Positions 36,748 to 50,857 are shown, counted from the first letter of the stretch. The stretch: 64,000 bases of DNA from Vitrella brassicaformis CCMP3155 (GCA_001179505.1 CDMY01000466.1:248001-312000); one strand, 5' to 3'. Notes: a model not told the origin generated them from the letters alone. Numbers and translations: made by a program.

Positions 36748-39700
36748 AGGTGTTGGTGTTCAACTGCGACGAGGGCATAGACTTCCAGTCGATGGGCCGG
36801 ATCTTCATCGGCCTGGTGCGCTGCGGGGCCTGGGGGTGCTTCGACGAGTTCAACCGGCTACTCGAGGAACAACTCTCAGCCGTCTCACAACAAATACAGG
36901 TAGGGAGGTATGCACACCACACTAACGCCACACGCATGACTCACACGCGTCACGTCAACCAGGTGATCCAAGCGGCCATCAAGAACCGCGACAAGACATT
37001 GGAGCTGCTGAGCCGTGAGGTGGAGGTGAACCACACGGCGGGCATCTTCGTGACGCTCAACCCCGCCGGCAAGGGGTACGGCGGCCGGTCCAAGCTGCCC
37101 GACAACCTCAAGCAGCTCTTCAGACCCGTCGCCATGTCCGTCCCGGACAACGAGCTCATCGCCGAGGTCCTCCTCTTTGCCGAGGGATTCCTCTCGGCCA
37201 AACGGCTTGGCAAGAAGATCGTGACGCTCTTCCTCCTCTCCAAGCAGCTGCTCTCGCCACAGCAGCACTACGACTGGGGCCTCCGCGCACTCAAGACCAT
37301 TCTCACCGTATCCGGGCAGCTGCTGCAGGTAAGAGCTGGCTGACACAGACAGAGAGGCCGGAAATCCCATATGTGTGTGCATCCATCGATCAGGCGAGTG
37401 TGAGGGAGCGCCAGCAGAGTGATGGCGGTCGTCTGAGTGAGGAGAAAGAGTCGGTGCTGCTCATCAAGGCCACCCGCATCAACACCATGTCCAAGCTCAC
37501 CTTCGCCGACGCGCGTCTGTTCGAGGGTCTGCTGGCCGACATGTTCCCCACCCTCTCTGTGAGCGACATCGAGTACCCCGAGCTCAAGGACACCGTCATG
37601 GCTGTCATGAGCGAGCAGGGCATCGTGCCCATAGCGGGACAGGTGACCAAGATCCTGCAGCTGCACGAGGCCTCGCGGCAGCGGATGGGCGTCATCATTG
37701 TGGGCCCCTCGGGCTGCGGCAAGTCGCTCATATGGAAGACACTGCACCAGGCCTACATCAAGTGAGCAACAGAGGCGCCTGCACGGCCGCATCGATCGAT
37801 GGTCGAATGTTCCTCTGTGTGTGGTGTGGCCCACCCTGGGTGCACTGCAGGATGTCCAAGGGTCTGCGAGTGCACGTAATCAACCCCAAGTCGATGCCCC
37901 GCGCCCAGCTGCTGGGGTCGATGGACCCCGACACGAGGGAGTGGTCGGACGGCGTGCTGACAGCGTCGGCCAGGCAGGTCATCAAGGAGCCGCCTGACGT
38001 CCACAGCTGGATCGTCATGGATGGCGATGTCGACCCGGAGTGGGTGGAGAGCCTCAACTCAGGTCGGCACCGCAGGCACGCCTGCTGTCTGATCGTCCTC
38101 TGTGTATTGCGTGGCGTGTGTGCGTTGCAGTGTTGGACGACAACCACTTGTTGACGCTGCCGAACGGCGAGCGGATCTCGTTTGGCGACAATGTGCACTT
38201 CCTCTTCGAAACACACGACCTCAGATTTGCATCGCCCGCGACCATCAGCCGGTCGGTATGTTTGGTTGGTTTGTGTGAAGGACTGACTTAACTTACTCAT
38301 GCATGCCACGCGCGGTGGGTACCGTACCTCTGAGTGTGTGGGTATGGTTCTGCTCGGCGTGTCAGGTGTGGGATGCTCTTCCTGTCAGAGGAGGACGTCG
38401 ACCTCAAGTGCCTCATACACAGCTGGATTCTCAAGCAGCCAGAGGACCACCAGAGGTACGCAACCACAACACAAATGGGTCTGTCTGTCTACTCCCAATA
38501 CACACCTACCTGACTGAGTGTTGCCGTACGTATGCATCCTTCCTTGTGGCTGCAGCAAGCTGGAGTCGTGGTTCGACGAGCTCTTCTACCAGGCCCTCCA
38601 GTGGATATACGACAGAGTAAGAAAAGAGAGTGCCGCAACCAAGGCAATGCAATGCATGGCATTGCTGCATCCTTTGTGTACCCTCTCATCTGTGTCGCGT
38701 CCATTCAGGGCCAGCCGTTCGCCGTGGAGACGACCAGGGTGGGCATGGTGCGCAACGCTCTCTCACACCTCCCCGACCGCACCACAACGGCATCCGACAT
38801 CCGCGACGCCGACGACGCCGGCGGCAAGCAGCCGGCAGAGCAGCCAACCATCAGCCGCACCGACTTCGTCATGGCGCTGCTGCGGGGTCTGGGGGGCAAC
38901 CTCTTCCTCGACAAGAGGGCAGAGTTCGCCGTGCAGCTGTTCTCATGGAGCGGCGAGCGGCCGCCAGACACGTCAGACCCCCTCAACTGCTGGGCCAACC
39001 CACACACCAAACGGCTGCAGCGTTTCGATCCGTCGTCGCTTCGCAGCAGCATCACGCTGGATGCGCTTAAAGCGGCGCAGCTGCACTCGCTGCCGCCGCT
39101 GGTGCCCAACACGTGGTGCCTGCAGGAGATGGAGATCTTTCGCACCTGGCTCTTCAGGGGCGACCCCCTGCTGCTGGCCGGCCCTGAGGGCAGCGGCAAG
39201 AACCTGCTCATCCGCTACGCTCTCACAGACCTGCAGAAGCAGCAAGTGGGGTCGGTGCACGTCGCCACGCTACACTGCAACGCGCAAACGTCATCCACAC
39301 ACGTGCTGCAGAAGCTCAGGCAGGTCTGCACCGTGTCAACCGGCACACAGGTGACTGAGTGAGTGGTGGGGCGGGGCGGGTGGCATTGCAGCCACTGATA
39401 TGAAGTGAGCTGGTGTGGTGTGGTGTGGTGTGGTTCCTGTTGGCTGGACTGCAGGGTCGTGTGTACCGCCCGAAGGACTGCCAGAGGGTGGTATTGTACT
39501 TGAAGGACGTCAACCTGCCCAAGCCCGACATGTACGCCACCAGCCAGGTGATCGCCTTCCTGCAGCAGTGCGTGACGCACCACGGCTTCTATGACGAAGA
39601 CCTAGAGTTCGTTCACCTTGACCACATACAGGTGCGGTGGTGCGCACCGATACATGGATGGATGGATGGATGGAGGAGGAATGTGTGTGTGCTTCCTTTC

Positions 39701-42700
39701 AGATTGTGGCCTCGATGGCTCCCGCGTCCACCCTCGGCCGCTACCCCCTCTCCACGCGCTTCACGGCCAACGTGCGGCTCGCCGCCGTCTCATACCCCTC
39801 AAACGAAGAGCTCAAGTAGGTCCACACTCATCACACACGACCCACGCAGCACGTGTTGTCATGCATGCCCTTTGTTCTCTGCTCTCAGGCAGGTGTTCAG
39901 CACGCTATGTGGCGCTGCCCTGGGTGTGTCGGCCGACATGGCGGACCGGCTGGCCGGCGCCATGATATCCCTCTACGCCGCAGTGAGGGCCCAGTTCACC
40001 GTCGACGACCAGCCGCACTACCTCTTCACCCCACGCGACCTCACCAGATGGCTCCTGGGTCTCATGCGATACGACGACGTCAACAGCAAGGCGGCGGGTG
40101 GTGACGGGTCCACCCTCCTGCACGCGTGGGCGTATGAGGGGCGGCGCATCTTCAGGGATCGCATCAACGGGGTGGACGGGCAGGCACGGTTCGACTCGCT
40201 GCTATCGCAGGTGGTGCGGGGGAGCTTCCCCACTGCAGCCGGTGAGGAGGGCGGGCTGTACACGAGCCTGCTGACGACGGGCGCTGACGGGCACCCTACT
40301 GGAGAACTCACAGCCGTGCCGCAGAAAGGTGCCGGAACGAAGAGGATGGGATGCACGTCACGTCAGATGGCTATGCCATGGTTGTGTGTTGTGTGTATCA
40401 TGTAGATTTCCGCGAGTTGATCAAGCGTGGTCTGATAGCGTACGAGCGAGAGGTCAAGGAGCGGCCGCTGATCCTCTTCGACGAGATGCTCCACCACCTT
40501 GCCAACATGGACAGAGCCGCATCAGCACCAGGTGAGTGCGAGATCCGATCCATGCGCCACGTGGAATGGATTTCGTTGTGGCTCTCTTGTGTGTGACGAT
40601 TCGGCAACCAGGTTCCAGCCTCTTGCTGGTTGGCCGCAGCGGCATTGGCCGTCGCGCCCTTGCAAGCCTCCTGGCGTACCTGCACCGAGTGCGGCTGGTC
40701 ACCCCCGCCGTCACCCGCGACTACTCGAATCGTGAGTTCCGTCGCGACCTGAAGGCGGTGCTGCAGTCGGCCGGTGTGGAGGGTGAGCGCATCATCTTCT
40801 TCATGGAGGACCACCAGTTCCTGCAGCCCAGCTTCCTGGAGCTGCTCAACTCACTCATATCTGCCGGAGAGATCCCTGGGCTGTGGACGCCTGAAGAGCT
40901 AGACCCCATCTTGGGATCCATCAAGGTCAGAGAGAGAGAGAGAGAGAGCGGTCTTGCTGCACTGCACGGACAAGTGTGACCATGTAAGATCTTGTGTGCA
41001 CGGTATGGTGCGTGGCTGTCAGGACGAGTATGCGGCGTCATCGGGGCAGGCCCGGACGCTGTTTGACTTCTTCGTGGGGCGCATCCGCGCCAAGCTGTGC
41101 ATCGTGCTTTCGATGGACCCCACCCACCCGCACTTCCTCCTCAGCTGCGCCGCCAACCCCGCTCTCTATGCCCACACCACCCTCCTCTGGGTCGACGACT
41201 GGAGTGCTGACGCACAGCGCCTCATCTGCCAGATCGTCCTGGGGGGCGGTGGTGGTGGTACTGCCACAGCAGCACGGCAGGAGGAGGGCGTGAGCAAGGG
41301 TAAGGGCAAGGGTGTGGTGATCAAGCTGCTGATGGACATCCATGGCAGCCAGGTGGCGAGTGGTGCGGCGCAGCCGCGTCAGCTGCTGACATTGCTCAAG
41401 GCGTACCAGGGTGTGTTCCAGGCCAAGGACAACAGCCAGCACGGCCAGGCGTCCCACCTGCAGAAGGGGCTCAACAAGCTGCAGGAGGTCTCCAGGACCG
41501 TCGGAGAGCTGCAGGACCAGGCACACAAGAAAGAGGTGCGTGCGACGGGAGGGGGGGCGGAAGGGAGGGGAGGGGTGCTGCCCGTCCGGCCGTCCCTCCG
41601 TCCATATCTTCCTCTCCTCCCTGTGTGTGTGTGTGTGTGTGTGTGTGTCACGCTGTACAGATCGAGTTGGCAGAGCAGCAAAAGCGGGCGCAGGAGGCGC
41701 TGCACAACATCACCCAGGCCATGCAGGCCGCAGCAGAGCGGCGGCAGGAGGTCGAGAAGCTGGAGAAGGAGACACAACAAGACGAAAAACACAACCTAGA
41801 GGTATCCGTGACTGACGCAGAAGACGGACACACACACAAATGAAATGCGATGTCATGTCGTCTGTTGGTTGGCCTGCACTGCAGGAGAAGGGCAAGATAG
41901 AGGAGCAGCTGTCGACCATCCAGCCGCTCATCGACCAGGCCAAGAAGGCCGTCGGCAGCATCAGCCCCTCGCAGCTCAACGAGATCAAGTCCCTCAAGAT
42001 GCCCCCGGAGCCCATCCACGACGTCCTCTCGGGAGTCCTGCGCCTCATGGGCTCCTACGACTGCTCGTGGGCATCCATGAAGAGGTTCCTCGGCGAGCGC
42101 GGCATCATCACACGCATCCTCAACTTCGACGCGCGGGACATCTTACCAGAGATCAGAGCTGACGTGGAGCGGCTCCTCGCCGAGAAGGCCAACTCGTTCG
42201 AGCACTCGGTCATCTACCGGACGTCTGTGGCAGCGGCACCGCTGGCGTCTTGGGTGGTCGCCAATGTGCGGTACTCGGCAGTGCTGGAGAAGGTGGCACC
42301 CATGGAGTGGCAGCTCGACACGGCGTCGAGGTCGCTAGAGAGGGCACGAAAGAGGTAGGTGGGGGCAGACAAGGGAAGGAAGGGGCGGCATCATGGCTGT
42401 TACTCACTGTTGGTGTCAACGTGTCTAGGGTGGTTGAGTGCAAGGAGGAGCTCGAGTCGATCGACCAACAAGTCATCGAACTGAAAAACGAATTCGCAAA
42501 CAGAACCAAAGAGGTACGTCGCAGGGAAAATGGACGAACCGGACCGGTGGTCTCACCACTCAGCCGAGCTCACCCCTTCCCTGCCTCGCCTCCCCTCCCC
42601 TCCCTCTTATCACTCAGGCTGAGCGGCTGAAGGTGGACCTGGAGCACGCCCAGAAGACCCTCGAGAAGGCCCAGGCGCTGCTCTCAAAACTCTCCGGCGA

Positions 42701-45700
42701 GAAGGAACGGTGGGACCGCCAGGTGCGCGAGCTCGACCGTGCCGGTCACCTGCTGCCGCTCAACGCAGCACTGGCGGCCGGCTACTGCACCTACCTCGGC
42801 CCGCAGCCCGAAGACCGGCGGCTGAAGTGCAAGCAGCATTGGGAGGAGCTGGCCAAGGATGCGGGCGGCAAGGCTGGCGGCTTCCAGCAGTTTGATTTCC
42901 TGCGGTTCATGTCGACGGAGTCTGAGCTGCTGACGTACAAGGGGGAGGGGCTGCCGTCCGACCAGCTGTCGATGGAGAACGGCCTGGTCATCCTCAACTC
43001 ATCCACCACCATGTGGCCCTTCATCGTCGACCCAAACACACAGGCGGTGGTGTGGCTGCAGCACCGGCTGGGCAGCAAGGGCACCGAGACGGTCCTGCTG
43101 CAGGACGCCAAGTTCATCACCACACTCGAGCTGTCGGTGCGATTCGGCAAGACGCTCGTCGTGCAGGAGGCGGACACCGTCGAGCCCTTCCTCTTCCCCC
43201 TCCTTCGGAGGGACCTCACCAACCAGGTCAGCAACACGCAAACTCCCATAGACCCATGCTCTATGGTCTTTTCGCGATGGATGCTCCGCTGTGCTGCAGG
43301 GTCCTCGTAAGGTGGTCCAGGTTGGCGAGAAGACGATCGACTACAACGACGGGTTCCAGCTGTACCTGTGCACGCGCAACGCCGCCTCGGCCAAGGCCCT
43401 GCCGCCCAACGCTGCGTCGCTCGTGACGTTCGTCAACTTCTCGACGACCCGAGCTGGTCTGGAGGGTCAGCTGCTGGGTGTGACCATCCAGCACGAGCAG
43501 CCACAGCTGGAGGAGCGCAAGAGCCAGCTGCTGCAGAAGGAGGAACACCTCAAGCTGCAGCTTGCAGACCTGGAGAAGCAGCTGCTGCAGGTCAGTCAGC
43601 AAACGGATGGATCTGGTCACATATGCACTGCACATATGTATGGGTCGTGTCATGTGTGTATGTCGGTCTGTGTCTGTGCTGCCTGCAGGAGTTGGCCGAC
43701 TCGTCTGGAGCGATTCTGGAGAACCAGAGTCTGATCAGCTCGCTCAACGAGACCAAGGCTAAGAGCCAGACCATCGCGGAGGCGCTCGAGGAGTCCCACA
43801 ACCTCCAGGTCAACCATCTGCAATGGCTTCGCAGGACCAACACATCCACACCCACCCATCCACCCACCCACACATTCATGTCGATGTCTGTGCATTCATT
43901 GGTGCAGATGTCGCTAGATGAGCAACGCGAAGTCTATCGCCCTTTGGCCGTCCTGGGCTCTCGGTTCTTCATCCTCCTCAAGGACCTCTCCCGGCTGGAC
44001 CACATGTACCAGTTCTCACTCAGCTCATTCATCGGCCTCTTCAAAAAGGCCCTCGACAGGGGCACACGTAAGGAGGGCTCGGCCGCCGCGGAGCTCCTGC
44101 GGCTGCTCGGCGACCAGCTCAAGGTCCTCGTCCTCAACTACGTCTCCAGGTAGACAGACACAGCCCTCACTCCCCGCATGCGTACTGACTGACTGCCTTT
44201 GTTAATGAGTGCTGCAATGCATCGAATTGCATTCTATCTAGGTCGTTGTTCAAGAAGGATCGTCTCACATTCGGCCTCCACATTGTCCGCGGGCTGCACG
44301 CTGATCTTTTCCTCGACAACGACGCAGACTGGAGCCTCTTCCAAGGCGTCACCCTCCCCGCCGCCGCAGCAGCAGCAGCAGGCGGGCGAGGGGGCGGCGA
44401 GCCCGCGGCACTCTCGTGGGTGCCGCAGGAGCGGCAGGACGCCCTCATGAGGCTGCGGGGCGTGTTCTCTACCAGCAAGGGGGGTGAGGAGGTGTGGGGG
44501 CTGAGCGACGAGGGCATGTGGGGGGCGTGGATGACGAGCGACAAGCCGGAGGAGAAGTTCCCACAGCAGGTGCTCGCCCGCATGACCCCCTTCAGCCGAG
44601 TGCTGCTGATCCAGGCACTCAGGCCAGACAGACTCGAGAGCGCACTGCATCGGTCAGCCAGGCACAGGACAGACAGGGACAACCACGGACGCTGCATACG
44701 TATGTATCTTCCCTTCCTGTTCCTTTGTTTCCTTCCTTCAGGTTCATCTGTGAGTCACTGGGCCTTCGATCGATCTCCCCCGCCCCCCTGTCCCTCCCGC
44801 GTCTGTATGCGGAGGAGAGCGGCCCAGCGCAGCCCATCCTGTTCGTCACCACCCCAGGTGCCGACCCCAGCAGGGAACTCGAGGACTTTGCCAAGGCCTA
44901 CCGGGCCGACGATGGGTCCAAAGTCGAGCTCAAGTCGCTTGCCATGGGAGGCGGGCAGAACCAAGACGCAATCGACCTCCTCAGGTGGGCCGGGCCCGGT
45001 GTGCTGTGGTGTGGCCCATGGTGCATGCGATGCGTCCATTCCAGGGAAGAATGACACGTATCATCATATCTCTTTCTGTGTGTGGGCGTGGCGTGGCGTG
45101 GGGTGTTCGTCTCAGGGAGGCGGCGCGTCAGGGGTGGTGGGTGTGCCTGAAGAACCTGCATCTGGTGACCCCCTGGCTGCCGCTGCTAGAGAAGGAGCTC
45201 AAGACCCTGGCCGCCCTCCCGCCCCACCCCCACTTCCGCTGCTGGCTCACCACCGAGCCACACCTGCGCTTCCCGCCAATACTGCTCGAGTCCTCCCTCA
45301 AGATCACTTACGAGGCGCCCCCAGGCATCAAAAAGAACCTCCTGCGCACGCTCGAGGCCTGGAACGACCCGTATTTCGGCAAGGGGGAGCAGCTGCTGCG
45401 CGCGCAGCTGCTGTTTGTGTGTGCGCACTTCCATGCGGTGGTGCAGGAGCGCCGCAGCTTCATCCCGCAGGGGTGGACCAAGTTCTACGAGTTCTCGTCT
45501 GCAGACCTCCAGTCGGCGTGCGAGACCGTCATAGGGCTGGTGGAGGCCTCTGCTGCTGCTGCTGCTGGTGGTGGGCAGGGGGCTGCCATCGACTGGCCCA
45601 CCATCAGGGGGGTCTTTGAGTTCGCCGTCTACGGCTCACGTGTGGACAATGACTTCGACCTTAGACTGGTGTTCGAGTACCTGCAAATATTCTTCAGGTG

Positions 45701-47614
45701 GTCGGGACGAAATGGGACAGAAACATGTACGGCAATGGATGGATCTTCTGGTCCTCGTCCCATTGATGCAGACCCGACGTGTTGGATGCCCGTCGTGGCG
45801 GCCAGGGTGCTACTGGAGGTCCGATTCCCGTGCCGCCGTTCCCCCTCCCCCAGTCAGTGAGGCTGTCGGACTATCGTAAGGGCGTCGAGGGGCTCGCCGA
45901 CCACGACGCGCCAAACGCATTCGGACTGCCGGCCAATGTAGACAGGTGGGTGAATGGATGGATGGGGGCACAAGGGCAACAGAATGGATAAAATGTGGCT
46001 GTGTGCGTGTTCAGGGCTGTCCAGCGCGTCAACTCCGAGGCGGTGATCCACTCGCTCAAGCAGATCGAGGCGGGTGCGGTGGCGGGGGAGCTCGACGTGG
46101 GCAGCCTCCACCTCAAGGGCATGGGCCAGCAGCTGCACCCCTTCTTCGCCACTTGGGAGGGCGCCACACAACCGCTGGCGCTCAAAAAGGGTGGCGGAGC
46201 CCAAGACCTGCCTGCAGCTGCGTCCGCGTCGGCCGACCTGCCGCCTGTGGAGAGCTTCGTCCTGAATGATACGCATCAGGCGATGGAGCTGGTGCACAAG
46301 GTGGATGGGGCGCTGAGGGCCATGCAGAGGGTGGTCAGTGGGGCAGCCCTCCTCACACCCACCATCCTACGCGAAGCGCAAGTGGGAACCCGCACAGACA
46401 GGCAGACAGGCAGGTGTTGTTCAACCGGGTGTGCATCTCTGTCAAGTATGTGTGTGTGTGTGTGTGTGTGATTCATATATTCAGCATTTGTTGCGCGGCA
46501 GTGTGCCTGAGAGCTGGACACTGACGTGGCCAGCCGCCCCGTCGTCGCCCATCCCCTTCCTCAACGAACTCGCCAGGAAAGCGCACCTACTCAAGGTGGG
46601 GGACCACACCACACGTGAGGGTGTTTCGACGTGTATTCTCTGTGGATGTGTGTGTGTATCCTCCGTATACATATGTGTGTCAGAGCGTGTACAGTCCTCG
46701 TGCGACGGAGGGGTCGATATTGCGGCAGCCCGTCAACCTGGCTGACTTCCTCCACCCTGAAGTGTTCCTCAATGCACTCAGGCAACAGGTGAGTCAGTGA
46801 GTGAGTGACCAAGGAGACGGAGGGAGGGAGGGAGGGAGGGAGCACCGCAGCCACACATGCGCGACACGACCAGAGGCGTCTATACGTCTTGGTTGTTTGT
46901 TGTGTTTGTGCGTGCAGACGGCGCGGTTGAGTGGTCAGGCGGTCGACAGTCTTCGCCTCTTCACCTCCTTCGGCCCGCTGTCCATGCAGGTACACACAGA
47001 CGGGGGCATCGCATCGCATCGATGATGCTCCCCGACCAATGCGGATCAACTGCTCTTTGGCTGTGTTGTGCATGTTGTGTGTCAGGGTGCTGTGTCTGTG
47101 GAGGGCCTCTACCTCGAGGGCTGCAGCTTCAACCCATCATCAGGTACACACACACCAAGACACACACACACACACACACCATCAAGCGCGACAACAGCGC
47201 CCAGGTGTTCGATGTCGGTCCGATGGTCTGATTCACGCAGCCCTTCTGGAGAGCAGCTCTCGTGACGCCCCCCAGCTGACGCGCCTCCCGCCCCTCAGCA
47301 TGGGGTGGGTGCCCGCATCATCGTCTGCCGACGAGAGGCCTTCGTCGAGGCCTCCCAGTGCACCGCCAGGGGGCGGGGCGAAGACCACCGTGAGTATGCC
47401 GGTGTACGTGTCGCTGTCCAGGGAGTTCTTCCTGTGCGCGGTGAGGCTGACCAGACAGACTGAGTGAGTGCACATCTCGGTGTGGCAATGCGTTGCGTCG
47501 CGTGTCGTGTGGTGTGATGTGATGTGTGTGTATTGCTTGCAGGTTGACATGCCGACAGACAGCCGCCAGCACCGCATCCTCAATTCTTGTGCGGTCTTCC
47601 TGTCCGAACACTAA
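29494..47614 (+). CDS. DYNC2H1: Cytoplasmic dynein 2 heavy chain (retrograde IFT dynein, DHC1b)
   Basis: AAA1 [37 protein letters not shown]...[12 protein letters not shown] (P-loop at ~36575). AAA2 GPSGCGKS (~37703), AAA3 GPEGSGKN (~39180), AAA4 [13 protein letters not shown] (~40632). The AAA1, AAA3 and AAA4 strings are characteristic of dynein-2. Stalk/MTBD ([20 protein letters not shown]), AAA5/6 and C-terminal domain are present. Last exon 47543-47614 reads [23 protein letters not shown]. Dozens of canonical introns. Confidence 0.96.
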
Positions 47615-47897
47615 TATGTAGCCATGTATGTATGTGGCGTGTGTCATGTTGTCATGTGTGTGTGCATACGTGTGTGTACGACACCAGTTGACCGACCTGT
47701 ACATATTCTGCTCTACATACTTGTACATGCCGTCCCACAATGAATCAATCACCCAGCGCTAGGGTTCGGTCTGCAGGGTTCGCGATTGCGCGCTTGTTTT
47801 AGGCTCGCCTTGCGCAAACGGGCGTTGAGTGACGTCCATACGATACCAAGATGAGCTGAAGATAGCTTGGTTGGCGCGTGAGCTAAGGAGTGCGACA

Positions 47898-50008
47898 ATG
47901 GGGGATTCGACGGACGCAATGGCTGCGCCGCGCACGGATCAGCAAACGAGGACGGCACAGAAGAAGCCAGCAAGCGTCTGTGACCTTCCCGAGACCAGCT
48001 TGATTGACATCGCATCCTTCATCACCTCCTCAAACCTCCGCCAGCTGTTGGGGATACAGCCCTTCATTCCTGCTGTCATCGAAGCGGCAGCCGTGAGCAT
48101 GATCCAGCGCGGCTATGACCTCCCTCCGTCCTTTGCCGATCCCTCGAAGGAAGCTTTGGACAACCTCCACGCTGCTGAGGTGATGCGTGGGACGGGCAGC
48201 GGCACCATGTCCGTGGGTCAGGCGCACCTGCTGCTCCTGACGAGCGGGGAGGAGCTCCAGGGCGGCGGCAACAACTACGATGGACAGGTGGGTGAACAGG
48301 GGACATGTTGCTGGAGGTAGAGAGGATCCGTGGATGTGTTGCCTTCTGTTCTTCTGTCAGCTGGCGCTACGTGACCGGAATCAGCGCTCCAAGTTGCGGC
48401 CGTGTTTCGAGGGCCTCACGGGGGACAACAGACCCCGCAACATCGTCTGTGTGGGCGCCGGCGAGGCGCACAGCGCACTCGTGACCGCGAGAGGCGAGGT
48501 GTGGACGTTTGGACAGTCGGTGGACGGGCAGCTGGGGTACAGCCTCCCGCTCCGCAAGTAAGTAAGGAAGGCAGCCATGCCCTGCAGACGCACACAATGA
48601 CGCTCTCCCATCGTCCTGTCTGTCTCTTACTCAGTGCGCCGCCTCGCCGAGTGCCTCTGTTCGGCCCTCGTGGGAACCATGCCGTCCAAGTGTGTTGCAG
48701 CCGGTTTTTCACTGTCGTGGTGACGGCACGAGGTGAAGTATTTTTCTTCGGGCGGTGGAGGCGGCCGTCCACTGCTGATTCCAGTGGACCCATTAAGGTG
48801 GATTTGATGCCCGCGCCAGAGCCTCGACCATCGCATGCACAGACAGGTATAGAGAGAGAACCGACACATGTCGAATTCGGATCATTGCGTCGTCTTACGT
48901 GCCGCAGGTGATCGTTCGAGTGCGTTCAATCGTTCCGCGTCGACGGTTGTCACGCGCCCTCCGCTCTTCCCGTTCCTCAGCCGCAGGAGCCCGAGGGCAT
49001 CCTCCTCTGCTGAGCTCTCACCCACCAGCCCCTTCTTCCCCCACCCCCCCAGCCCCTCCCCTCCGGTGCGACTAGGCCCAGCAACCGAAGTGGCAGCTGC
49101 CGATGACCACTGCCTCATTCTCACCAAGTGTGGGCGTGTCTTCGTGTTTGGACCTGCGAGCACCGATCCATGGGTGGCCGAGGAGCTCCCGAGGCTGACA
49201 GCCTTCTCTCGCAGCAGAGGGGGCGTGATGGCCATCGCAAACCACTCGGATCGGTGTGTGTTTGCGACGCGTGACGGGGCTGCCTTCGTCATGCGGTACA
49301 CATTTGGGGCGACATACGCCCGCAGAAGCGGTGCGGCAGCGGGGCCGACGGGGAAGGAGACGGGCTCGAGTGCCGAGGCATCTTCTGCGGACGCACCGTG
49401 GATAGACGAGGGCGAGATCAGGGAGGTGACGTTCTGCCGCGGCGACCACGAAGACGAGGTGCAGGGCGTCGAGAAGGTCCACATCGTCAGGTACGCAACA
49501 CGCGCACGAGAGTGCCCCTCTTGCTACTTCAGTAGCTCGAAGACACCCCTGCCTGTGTGTATGTTCGTCTGTGTGCAGGGTGGCGTGCGGCCCGGCTCAC
49601 ACCCTGTTCCTGTCGGCCAAGGGCGAGGTGTACGGGGCCGGCAACAGCCACTACGGCCAGCTGGCCCTGGGCGCCAACATCAAGGGCTTTGCCACCAGTG
49701 ACCACTCGGCCGCCACACTCATCTACGGCCTGCCTAGCACTGATTTCGAGCTCGGAAGAGGAAGACGGGGTGGTCACCTTCGCCAAAGGGTCGTCGAGAT
49801 CGCCACGGGGGCTGACCTGACACTCATGAGGGACGAGGAGGGCACTGTGTACTGGTCAGTGTGTGCAATCAAGGGAAGGGGCGATGCATACAGCATGATG
49901 AATGGACGCCTTTGGCTCCGTCGTGTGTGCATATGCAGGTGCGGCAGGGGCCCCTCGAGTGTCGTCGAGTTCTTCTGGACCGAAACGCCTCGCCGCCTGG
50001 AGACGTGA
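47898..50008 (+). CDS. RCC1/BLIP-II repeat protein with N-terminal F-box-like motif
   Basis: RCC1 blades VGAGEAHSALVTARGEVWTFGQSVDGQLG, VCCSRFFTVVVTARGEVFFFG, VAAADDHCLILTKCGRVFVFG, VACGPAHTLFLSAKGEVYGAGNSHYGQLALG, IATGADLTLMRDEEGTVYWCG. N-terminal DLPETSLIDIASFITSSNLRQLLGI resembles the F-box consensus. TGA at 50006-50008. Confidence 0.85.
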
Positions 50009-50578
50009 CTCGTTCTGCAAGCGTCTCCTTGATGTATTGTGTGAGTGCACTACATGTTCGTCGCTGTCATGTGTATGAGTGGCTCCATTTTTCTCTTGGG
50101 TGGGCGGGTGGGGTGGGTGGGTGGGTGCTTTGTACAGTGAGTGATCGAGTGAGTGTGCGTCGAGCCTAAAAGGCTTTCTGACGGCGAGTGGTCGTTACGG
50201 GCGAGACGGGTGCGACCATGCTTACTCCGTGTGCATGTGTCCACGAGTGTGTGTATTTTTCTGCAGTGTATGACATGACATGAAAGACAGAGGATAGATG
50301 TACAATATATTGCGTGTAGAGATGCAGACAGAAAAGGAGGTGCCGTAGATGAACAGGCTTATGGGACGCGTCATCACCGGACGTGCAACGTTGGTACGAA
50401 GGGCGTGCCTTGTCATTCATCATTCTCATTGTCAGGCAAAGGAGTCCTGTAACCGGCGAGAATCGCGTGGCGAGAATAACGAGACGAGCCAGCTCTTTTT
50501 TCGCTTTCCGCATTTGGGTTGTTTGCGGGATTCCGGCTTCCGGCGACGTCGTGCAGCTTTCCCCTGTCCCTTACTCTT

Positions 50579-50857
50579 CCCTTCGGCCATCCACAGCCGA
50601 ACGTCGGCCCCCTCGTACCCGCCCACCCCAGGCCCAACGGCAACTGCGCCCGCCGAGGAGCCACCTTCGCTGTCCGACCCCTTGCACCCCGTTCATCAGT
50701 TCATGGATCGGCAGCTGAAGCTCAACACCAAGAGGCCAAGAGATGGCATCCTCAAGAGGGTGGGCGGGTGGATTGGCGGGATGTGGGAAAGGATGAGGGA
50801 GGTGGAGAGGGAGACAAGACCACGGGATAGGGCGGAAAGGGAGCCGGCATTCTGCCA
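50579..50857 (+). repeat. Dispersed repeat copy B (about 95% identical to 17535-17819)
   Basis: Direct sequence comparison with copy A. Immediately followed by a more diverged tandem copy (50883-51038). Confidence 0.9.

Noticed and set aside
46931-47467. Dynein ending at TGA 47465-47467 (..VRLTRQTE*)
   Set aside because: A GT donor after FFLCA and an acceptor at 47542 give a terminal exon (..[13 protein letters not shown]) that better matches dynein C-termini.
28773-47600. Many long antisense and alternate-frame ORFs over the dynein and other GC-rich exons (e.g. 35999-36550, 41038-41526, 56077-57048)
   Set aside because: Shadow ORFs expected from high GC3 codon bias. They overlap well-supported genes and carry no motifs.
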